From a virus (Duplodnaviria > Caudoviricetes): 30,130 nucleotides of DNA. A program made the position numbers and the translations under genes. The notes below the pieces were generated by a model, which worked only from the letters and a program-made list of their open reading frames with translations, did not search any database and was not told the origin of the DNA. This document shows positions 1 through 6,273 of the stretch, piece by piece. Numbering within the stretch: position 1 is the stretch's first letter; each line of letters starts with the position of its first letter. The stretch spans positions 1 to 30,130 of the IMG/VR virus record IMGVR_UViG_3300048558_000106. One strand, written 5' to 3'.

Positions 1-360
1 ATGCCGTACTCGAAGTGTGCCCGGATGAAGCGCGCCGAACAGATCCCCTACTACGCTCCGGACGGAACCTCACTCGGATTCCGCGCTCTCGCCGCGGCTA
101 AGCGGCTCATCGCGGGCGGTTTTGTAACGCCCTGCTACGGACGCAAGGGGCACCTGAAGGCGATTTGGTTGCGACGGGAAGACGGCAGCAATCCCGTTGA
201 AGCACGCGCACGGTCCGGCACTCGATACAGCTTCCTCGAAAACCTCGAAAACGGCCAGTGCTGGAAGCTTCGCCGCTTGGATCGGAAGGACGAGGATGGC
301 GTGGCTTTCTCCACGCGCGGCGTCTTCGTTCAAGTTCTCACGGATTGTATAGCCCATTGA
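1..360 (+). CDS. Hypothetical phage protein (119 aa; true start may be ATG at 25 or upstream of the window)
   Basis: Protein-like composition, same orientation as the downstream operon, no recognisable motif. Confidence 0.7.
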   Translation: MPYSKCARMKRAEQIPYYAPDGTSLGFRALAAAKRLIAGGFVTPCYGRKGHLKAIWLRREDGSNPVEARARSGTRYSFLENLENGQCWKLRRLDRKDEDGVAFSTRGVFVQVLTDCIAH

Positions 361-485
361 AACAGCGGAAGAAACAGATCGGCGGCCGCTATCTCGCTCG
401 AGTCCGCGGCGCGTTCGGCAAATTGAGAATCCTGCAGCGCGGTGGAGGTCTCCAGTGTGTCCGGAATGCGGCAGCGATCAGGTAA
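357..485 (+). CDS. Possible small basic protein (42 aa, LKQRKKQIGGRYLAR...)
   Basis: TTG at 357 overlaps the TGA of the previous ORF (TTGA coupling). No other support. Confidence 0.3.
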   Translation: MKQRKKQIGGRYLARVRGAFGKLRILQRGGGLQCVRNAAAIR

Positions 486-706
486 CGATTCACGAGTTCG
501 ACTTCGGCGTCTGTCCACAGACCGGCTATCACGATGCCGGCGAGAGGTTCCATTGCCAAGGGTGTGGAGCAGCAGGCGAACCCAGTGAATTGGAGCCAGC
601 CATCAGCCACGAAAACAGCGAAGCGCGTCCAGAGCGCGCGGGGCAAATCCTGGGACCTGGAATCGCACTTTTCGCTGCGGGTGGTCCGATGGCACAAAGT
701 CCGTAG
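455..706 (+). CDS. Small zinc-ribbon protein (83 aa)
   Basis: GGAGGT RBS at 444-449 before the GTG; CPEC...CQGC cysteine pairs. Confidence 0.6.
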   Translation: MCPECGSDQVTIHEFDFGVCPQTGYHDAGERFHCQGCGAAGEPSELEPAISHENSEARPERAGQILGPGIALFAAGGPMAQSP

Positions 707-860
707 TTAGTGAGACTTATTCAGGTGGTTGGGTCGGTGGTCACCCCTGGTGGTCGCCCCGCCGCCTGGTTGGTCACCGGCGCGCCACGTCCGCGCCGCG
801 AGGATGGGCTGGCACCACTTGGCCAACCAGCCGCGAGCGACGCAACGTGGCCGACCGCGG
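652..860 (+). other. Candidate cos packaging site (cosQ/cosN/cosB-like)
   Basis: GGGACCT at 652-658 (lambda cosQ is GGGTCCT) is followed ~21 nt later by GCG-GGTGGTCCGATG. Direct repeats GGTGGTCACCCC (736-747), GGTGGTCGCCCC (749-760) and GTTGGTCACCGG (769-780) follow, with inverted relatives near 820-858. The downstream terminase is the cos-cutting GpA type. Confidence 0.5.
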
Positions 861-902
861 GCGCCAGGGGCGCCGAAACAGGCCATGACGAGAGAGACAG
901 AC

Positions 903-1271
903 ATGACGAATCCAGACTCCGGATTGACGGCACAACCCGTCTCCTCAAGGGCTCCTTACGTTTGGGCTGTAGTGATTCTCGCCGGGATCGCGGCGGTGCT
1001 GGTGATTGTCGTCCTTTGGATTCGCCCGCAAGCCGATCCGCTGGACGTCGTTTCGCAGGTGGCCAAAGGGCTGGCTCCTACTATCGCAGGAGTTATGGCT
1101 TACCTGAAGGCACAAGAGACGCACCTGTCAGTGAACTCCCGTCTCGATGCATTTATGCGGGAGCACGCGGCGGCGGCGCACGTGAAGGGGCAACTCCAGG
1201 GAGTGGCTGATGAACAGGCGCGCCAAGCCGCGCTGGAACTCGCCGCCGACAAAAAAGGGACCAAGGCATAA
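903..1271 (+). CDS. Membrane protein, candidate holin (122 aa; start at 903 or 885 rather than 729)
   Basis: Hydrophobic segment YVWAVVILAGIAAVLVIVVLWI, a second weaker one (GLAPTIAGVMAYL), then a helical charged C-terminus ending KKGTKA. Confidence 0.6.
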   Translation: MTNPDSGLTAQPVSSRAPYVWAVVILAGIAAVLVIVVLWIRPQADPLDVVSQVAKGLAPTIAGVMAYLKAQETHLSVNSRLDAFMREHAAAAHVKGQLQGVADEQARQAALELAADKKGTKA

Positions 1272-1286
1272 GCGCCTGGCTGCTGC

Positions 1287-2852
1287 ATGAGCCTATCAAC
1301 GATCACGCCGGCGTTGGCGCGGCGCATGGAGATTTGGCAGATCGAACGGCTGGTGCCCTATGCGAGGAATGCCCGGACGCACTCGCCGGAACAGGTGGCG
1401 CAGATCGCCGCCTCGATTGTCGAGTTTGGCTTCAATGCTCCGATCCTGGTGGCCTCGGATGCCGGGATCGTGGCCGGCCACGGCCGCCTGCTCGCGGCGC
1501 GGAAGTTGGGCCTAGTTGAGGTGCCCGTGGTGGTGCTCGACCATCTCAGTGAGGCTCAACGCCGGGCCTACATCATCGCGGACAACAAGCTGGCGCTAAA
1601 CGCCGGGTGGGACGCGAAGGTCCTGGCGCAGGAACTCCGCGACTTGGAGAGCGAGGGACTCGACCTCGCTGTCATGGGCTTCTCCGACGAGGAGTTGGAA
1701 GACCTGCTCGTAGAGCCGGAACCGCCGCAGGACGCCGACGAGGAGATTCCGGAAGAGCCGGCGAATCCGGTCACCCGACCTGGCGACGTGTGGACGATCG
1801 GCCGCCACCGGCTCGTGTGCGGCGATTGCAGGGACCGGAATATTCTCGGCATCTTATTCCCTGCCGATTCGCGCGCTGACCTTTGCATCACGTCGCCGCC
1901 TTACGCAACGCAGCGAGAATACAATGCATCGAGTGGGTTCACGCCGATCGCGCCGGAGGACTACGTCGGTTGGTACGCAAACGTCGCGGTCGGTGTGGAG
2001 TCCGTGCTGGCGCCGGATGGCTCCTACTTTCTGAATATCAAGGAGCACGCCGACGAGGGCGAGCGGAACCTGTACGTGAAGGATCTGGTGATCGCCCACC
2101 GGCGGCAGTGGGGCTGGCGCTTTGTCGACGAGTTCTGCTGGCGGAAGACCGACAACGGCGTGCCTGGTGGATGGGGCAACCGCTTCAAGAACGCCTGGGA
2201 ACCGGTGTTCCATTTCGCACGCCAGCAGCAGATCAAATTTCGGCCCGAGGCCGTCGGCCACGAGTCGGAGGATTGCTTCGACTACTCGCCCAACAATCCG
2301 AAGTCGAAGTCCGGAAGCGGCCTCTTAGGAACGGGCGTGCGCGGAGCCGCAGCAGACGGCGGCAAAAATCAGGGTGCGTGGGGTCGGACGCGGTCGAGCT
2401 TGTCCTCGGATTCGGATGGCCGGCATACCGGCCTGGCGCGCCCATCCAACGTGATCGAGGTGAAGTCGGAGTCCTCCCAGGGATCGCACTCGGCGCCGTT
2501 CCCACGCGCACTGGTCGAATTCTTCCTGCTCGCGTTCTCCGACTCGGGCGACGTGGTCTTCGATCCATTCATGGGGTCCGGAACCACGATGGCTGCCGCG
2601 GAGTTGCTGGATCGGACTGCGTTCGGCTGCGAGCTTAGCCCGGGTTATTGCGACGTGATCCTCCGCAGGTTGATGAATCTGGCCGGCGAGACGGCGGTCC
2701 TTGCAGCCACGAGCCAGACGTTCGTGGACGTCGCGGCGGCGCGTGGAGTCCCGGCGGATCGGGTCCTGAACCCGAAGGCGTCCGATTCTCGTGCCATCAA
2801 ACATCACGGGCCCAACCCCCACTACGGGCCGCGCCAAAGGAAGGCATCGTGA
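1287..2852 (+). CDS. ParB-N domain fused to beta-class amino DNA methyltransferase, SPPY type (likely N4-cytosine)
   Basis: N-terminal PYARNARTH...IVAGHGRLLAA...ADNKL; HRLVCGD; motif IV ITSPPY; HSAPFP; motif I DPFMGSGTT. Confidence 0.92.
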   Translation: MSLSTITPALARRMEIWQIERLVPYARNARTHSPEQVAQIAASIVEFGFNAPILVASDAGIVAGHGRLLAARKLGLVEVPVVVLDHLSEAQRRAYIIADNKLALNAGWDAKVLAQELRDLESEGLDLAVMGFSDEELEDLLVEPEPPQDADEEIPEEPANPVTRPGDVWTIGRHRLVCGDCRDRNILGILFPADSRADLCITSPPYATQREYNASSGFTPIAPEDYVGWYANVAVGVESVLAPDGSYFLNIKEHADEGERNLYVKDLVIAHRRQWGWRFVDEFCWRKTDNGVPGGWGNRFKNAWEPVFHFARQQQIKFRPEAVGHESEDCFDYSPNNPKSKSGSGLLGTGVRGAAADGGKNQGAWGRTRSSLSSDSDGRHTGLARPSNVIEVKSESSQGSHSAPFPRALVEFFLLAFSDSGDVVFDPFMGSGTTMAAAELLDRTAFGCELSPGYCDVILRRLMNLAGETAVLAATSQTFVDVAAARGVPADRVLNPKASDSRAIKHHGPNPHYGPRQRKAS

Positions 2853-2908
2853 TCCGCGCTGTCCGACTCGAAGCTTCCGAAAGAGAGGTGATGCATGGAG
2901 GTCATCCG

Positions 2909-3010
2909 TTGGTGACTCTCAACGTGAACGTGGACGTCCACGTTTATTCGCACGGTTCCCCGGTTGAGCAACATAAGCTCGACCAAATTTTGGCAGCAGT
3001 GAAACCCTAA
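2909..3010 (+). CDS. Short ORF (33 aa), probably the 5' part of the gene at 3031-3234
   Basis: GGAGG at 2897-2901 before TTG/GTG; reads ...VDVHVYSHGSPVEQHKLDQILAAVKP*. The -1 frame continues without a stop into ATG 3031. Confidence 0.45.
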   Translation: MVTLNVNVDVHVYSHGSPVEQHKLDQILAAVKP

Positions 3011-3030
3011 TCGAAGAGGAGAAAGAAATC

Positions 3031-3234
3031 ATGGCAGATTTGACCGCGTTGACCGCTCAGGTCCAGCAGAACACCGAAGTGGATGCTTCGGCCATCGTGT
3101 TACTCAACGGGCTTTCCGCACAGATCGCCCAAATCAAGAACGACCCGGTGGCGCTGCAGGCACTCGCCGACCAACTGAAGTCGAGCTCGACGAGCCTCGC
3201 GGACGCTATCACCGCCAACACTCCGGCAGCCTAA
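3031..3234 (+). CDS. Small Ala/Gln/Leu-rich helical phage protein (67 aa)
   Basis: GAGGAG RBS at 3016-3021; amphipathic helical sequence MADLTALTAQVQQNTEV...AITANTPAA. Confidence 0.8.
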   Translation: MADLTALTAQVQQNTEVDASAIVLLNGLSAQIAQIKNDPVALQALADQLKSSSTSLADAITANTPAA

Positions 3235-3250
3235 GCCGGGAACAAGCAAT

Positions 3251-4549
3251 ATGGGGATCGCGCAGAACGAAACCACCGACAGGGAGACTCCCAGGATGCT
3301 GGGGGGCGTTCTGCGCGACCTCGTTGTTGAACGCTGGCCCATCGACCGACTCATTCCTTACGCCCGAAACGCGAGGACACACAGCGACGAGCAAGTGGCG
3401 CAGGTCGCGGCGTCGATCGCCGAATTTGGATTCGTCAATCCGATCCTCGTCGGCGGCGACGGCGTTATCATCGCGGGCCACGCGCGCCTGGCGGGCGCGC
3501 GCCAGTTGAAAATGACCGACGTTCCGGTAATCGTTCTCGACCATCTGACGCCGACCCAGCGCCGCGCACTGGTACTCGCGGACAACCGCCTTGCGCTGAA
3601 CGCCGGTTGGGATGAAGCCATGTTGAGCGTCGAGTTGACGTCGTTGAAAGACGAGGACTTCGATCTCGATATCCTGGGCTTCACCGACGAAGAGGTCGAG
3701 CAACTCCTGGCGCCGGAAGAGACGAACCAGGGGTTGACCGACGACGATGCGGTTCCGGACGAGCAGGAGAAGGTCGTCACCGTCTCCGGCGACCTCTGGC
3801 TCCTGGGAGAACACCGGCTGCTTTGCGGCGACGCAACCAGCATGGAGGCGATCCAGGTCGTCCTGGCCGGCGGCTTAGCCGACATGGTCTTCACTGACCC
3901 GCCATACAACGTCGACTATGTCGGCAAGACCGCGGAAAAACTCAAGATTGGGAACGATGCTCTGGCCGGCAAGTTCTACGAATTCCTGCGCGATGCCTCG
4001 GTCAACATGCTCGCGATGACGAAGGGCGCGATCTACATGTGCATGTCCTCCTCGGAACTGCACACGCTTTTCCGGGCGTTCACCGACGCCGGAGGCCACT
4101 GGTCTACGTTCGTGATCTGGGCCAAGCACCATTTCACGTTGGGCCGGTCGGACTACCAGCGGATGTATGAGCCGATCCTCTATGGCTGGCGCGACGGGAC
4201 GCAGCACTTCTGGTGCGGCGACCGGAATCAGGGCGACGTGTGGTTCATCAAGCGGCCCATGGCGAATCTGGAGCACCCGACCATGAAGCCGGTGGAACTC
4301 GTCGAGCGCGCGCTCCGGAACAGCAGCAAGACGCGCGATACGATCCTCGATCCTTTCGGTGGGTCCGGAACCACATTGATCGCGTGCCAGAAAACAGGAC
4401 GGCAGGCGCGGTTGATCGAACTGGAGCCGAAGTACTGCGACGTGATCATCCGGCGCTGGGAGGACTTCACGGGGCAAGAAGCAAAGCTTGAAGCTGACGG
4501 GAGAAACTACAGCGAGATCGCGAGCGAGCGAAACCCAGTGCCGGCATGA
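3251..4549 (+). CDS. ParB-N domain fused to beta-class amino DNA methyltransferase, DPPY type (likely N6-adenine)
   Basis: PYARNARTHS...IIAGHARL...ADNRL; HRLLCGDAT; motif IV FTDPPY; HPTMKPVEL; motif I DPFGGSGTT. Confidence 0.95.
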   Translation: MGIAQNETTDRETPRMLGGVLRDLVVERWPIDRLIPYARNARTHSDEQVAQVAASIAEFGFVNPILVGGDGVIIAGHARLAGARQLKMTDVPVIVLDHLTPTQRRALVLADNRLALNAGWDEAMLSVELTSLKDEDFDLDILGFTDEEVEQLLAPEETNQGLTDDDAVPDEQEKVVTVSGDLWLLGEHRLLCGDATSMEAIQVVLAGGLADMVFTDPPYNVDYVGKTAEKLKIGNDALAGKFYEFLRDASVNMLAMTKGAIYMCMSSSELHTLFRAFTDAGGHWSTFVIWAKHHFTLGRSDYQRMYEPILYGWRDGTQHFWCGDRNQGDVWFIKRPMANLEHPTMKPVELVERALRNSSKTRDTILDPFGGSGTTLIACQKTGRQARLIELEPKYCDVIIRRWEDFTGQEAKLEADGRNYSEIASERNPVPA

Positions 4550-4550
4550 A

Positions 4551-4703
4551 GTGGATCGGTGCCGCGCCGAGATCGCGGACATCGAAGCATTGCTACTTGC
4601 TGGCCATCCAGACGTCGAGGGCCTTTGCTTGGCGCTATCGGACTGGTCAGCCGAGCTGAGGATTCTTGGGGGAGCAGAAGCAGTACCGCCGCCGGATCGT
4701 TGA
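4551..4703 (+). CDS. Small helical hypothetical protein (~50 aa; start uncertain)
   Basis: GTG 2 nt after the methylase stop; helical EIADIEALLLAGHPDVEGLCLALSDWSAELRIL. Confidence 0.5.
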   Translation: MDRCRAEIADIEALLLAGHPDVEGLCLALSDWSAELRILGGAEAVPPPDR

Positions 4704-4715
4704 ACCCGGCGGCGG
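4686..4715. terminator. GC-rich hairpin between convergent genes
   Basis: CCGCCGCCGG (4686-4695), 10-nt loop, CCGGCGGCGG (4706-4715) form a perfect 10-bp stem. The U-tract is weak. Confidence 0.5.
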
Positions 4716-4740
4716 CGTGGATGAGGTTAGTAGCGCGATG

Positions 4741-5040
4741 CTACCGGGTGGCGTCCTTGATCTCGCAGGCGATTCGGTGGTCGCCGTCGATTCCGCGGGC
4801 CCAGACTTTGTAGACGTACGGGCAAAGCGGCGATTCTCCCTGTTCCAGCCGGTCCATGCGGCTCCGGAGGTCTTGTTGTGCGATCTCTCGCGCCTCGCCT
4901 ACGTTGGCGACTACGGCGACCGGCTCGTACTGGCCGTCTTCGGACTCCGCGATCAGCATCGCGAGGCCAAGGTCGGTGGCGTCGGTAATCTCTACGGCGA
5001 ATCCGTTGTACTGGTTCTGCTTCTTTGGGGTGGTCTTCAT
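4741..5040 (-). CDS. Hypothetical acidic protein (99 aa, MKTTPKKQNQYNGFAVEI...), probably near-leaderless
   Basis: Protein-like composition; the ATG at 5040 lies immediately downstream of the duplicated promoter-like box. Confidence 0.75.
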   Translation of the reverse strand: MKTTPKKQNQYNGFAVEITDATDLGLAMLIAESEDGQYEPVAVVANVGEAREIAQQDLRSRMDRLEQGESPLCPYVYKVWARGIDGDHRIACEIKDATR

Positions 5041-5042
5041 GG

Positions 5043-5080
5043 CATGACGATTCATCACTCCGGCGCGACCGGAAGGCAAG
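5043..5080 (-). promoter_or_regulatory. Promoter/operator box, copy 1
   Basis: Minus strand reads CTTGCCTT-N8-GCCGGAGTGATGAATCGTCATG. The 22-bp and 8-bp blocks are identical to 5636-5673 with identical spacing, and TTGCCT is -35-like. Confidence 0.7.
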
Positions 5081-5103
5081 TCAATAATCGCGACGTGCCC
5101 TGT

Positions 5104-5130
5104 AAAAAAGCCGCCCGTTTCCAGGCGGCT
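5104..5130 (-). terminator. Rho-independent terminator of the DUF3489-like gene
   Basis: Minus strand AGCCGCC-tggaaacg-GGCGGCT followed by a T run, 18 nt after the stop at 5149. Confidence 0.8.
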
Positions 5131-5148
5131 GGTTGGAGGCAGGCGTGC

Positions 5149-5595
5149 CTACTTCGCGATCCGGTAGGTCCGCTCGCCAGCCTCGTTCTTTGTGGATTCG
5201 ACCGTGAGCCCCATTTTCTTGGTGAGGTTTCCGCTGATGAAGCCCCGGATGCTGTGGTTCTGCCAGTCGGTGGCTTTGGCGATCTCAGCCATCGTCGCGC
5301 CGTCCTTCCGGCGCAGGAGGTCCAGGACGATGCTCTTCTTCGAGAAGTCGCGCGGCACCGCGGCCTCCAGCGCTTTGGCGGCTTTCTTGTTGGGCTTGGT
5401 CTTTTCCTTGGCTACTTTCTTCGGTGCGATCTTGGCTTCCTTCTTGGGCTCGGCGGCCTTGGCGGCTCTCTTGGCCTTGGGCGCGCCCTTCTTCTGGCTG
5501 ACGCCCTTCTTCGAGGAAGCCTTTTCCGGCGCGGCTTTCGCGCCCTGTTCCGCGACTGCGGCGGTTTCTACTGTGTCTGCTGTTTCGTTCGGCAT
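5149..5595 (-). CDS. DUF3489-like winged-helix protein with a Lys/Ala-rich, histone-H1-like N-terminus (148 aa)
   Basis: C-terminal SKKSIVLDLLRRKDGATMAEIAKATDWQNHSIRGFISG...KKMGL...RTYRI is the DUF3489 pattern. AGGA RBS precedes the ATG at 5595. Confidence 0.9.
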   Translation of the reverse strand: MPNETADTVETAAVAEQGAKAAPEKASSKKGVSQKKGAPKAKRAAKAAEPKKEAKIAPKKVAKEKTKPNKKAAKALEAAVPRDFSKKSIVLDLLRRKDGATMAEIAKATDWQNHSIRGFISGNLTKKMGLTVESTKNEAGERTYRIAK

Positions 5596-5635
5596 AGTGT
5601 TTCCTGCTTTCCTTTCTGCTGCTGTGTGCTTCGTA

Positions 5636-5673
5636 CATGACGATTCATCACTCCGGCTCCGCGATAAGGCAAG
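5636..5673 (-). promoter_or_regulatory. Promoter/operator box, copy 2
   Basis: CATGACGATTCATCACTCCGGC (5636-5657) plus AAGGCAAG (5666-5673), the same as copy 1; lies in the divergent gap before terS. Confidence 0.7.
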
Positions 5674-5709
5674 GGGAATCTTGGTGAGTTTTTCACGCAC
5701 TGGTTCGGG

Positions 5710-6273
5710 ATGATGGGAGTCTCTCAGCGAGCCTACGCACGGCTGCGCGGCGTGAACGTGAGCGCGGTGCAGAAGGCCATCGCCAGCAAGCGGATCACGC
5801 CGAACGCGGACGGCACGATAGATTCTGAACGCGCAAACCAGGAATGGGAAAAGAACACGTTCGCGGGCAAGACCATACATCAGACGCATGCGGTCAGCCA
5901 GCAACCGGCCCCGTCCAGCGGACCGGCCAAGTCGCCCCGTGGCATCGCGGGCATACCCGGCCAGTCCGAAGTATCGAGCGATCCTATTGCCGCGTATCTG
6001 CGGGCACGCGCGGTGAGCGAGACGTTCAAGGCGAAGACGGCGCAGATGGAATATGAGGAGCGCGCCGGCAAATTAGTCCAATCCACCAAGGTCGGAGAGT
6101 ACGTGGCGAATTGGTCCGGGATCGTTGGCGATGCCCTGGCAGCGTTCGCGGATCGCGTGGCGCCGCTGGTAGCCGCCGCGAAAACGGAAGCGGAGATTCA
6201 CCGGATACTCGCGGGCGAGGCGAACGCGCTACGCCGCAAGATGTCGAAAGCCATCTCTGACGCAGGTTACTGA
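5710..6273 (+). CDS. terS: Terminase small subunit (Nu1-like)
   Basis: N-terminal HTH (SQRAYARLRGVNVSAVQKAI), then a coiled coil ending EERAGKLV; stop overlaps the terL start. Confidence 0.88.
   Translation: MMGVSQRAYARLRGVNVSAVQKAIASKRITPNADGTIDSERANQEWEKNTFAGKTIHQTHAVSQQPAPSSGPAKSPRGIAGIPGQSEVSSDPIAAYLRARAVSETFKAKTAQMEYEERAGKLVQSTKVGEYVANWSGIVGDALAAFADRVAPLVAAAKTEAEIHRILAGEANALRRKMSKAISDAGY

Noticed and set aside
724-780. GGTGGTC repeats as a CRISPR array or iterons
   Set aside because: Units are only ~10-12 bp, irregularly spaced, with no unique spacers, cas genes or rep gene.
729-884. N-terminal extension of the membrane protein and the 710-1210 ORF
   Set aside because: Low-complexity Pro/Arg translation across the repeat-rich candidate cos region; no coding signal.
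3005-3010. CCC-TAA as a +1 programmed frameshift site
   Set aside because: The downstream gene at 3031 is in the -1 frame, not the +1 frame.
1287-4549. Restriction-modification or partition (parABS) system
   Set aside because: No endonuclease or ParA is present, and the ParB domains lack the HTH and are fused to methylases.
4666-5640. 324-aa + ORF spanning the antisense island
   Set aside because: Shadow of the two minus-strand genes, which have family motifs, promoter boxes and terminators.
5043-5673. 22-bp direct repeat as att sites or IS ends
   Set aside because: No integrase or transposase is present; the position and orientation before two start codons, with a spaced -35-like block, fit promoters better.
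5596-5904. N-terminal extension of the DUF3489-like ORF given in the track
   Set aside because: It overlaps terS on the opposite strand and crosses the promoter box; the ATG at 5595 has an RBS.
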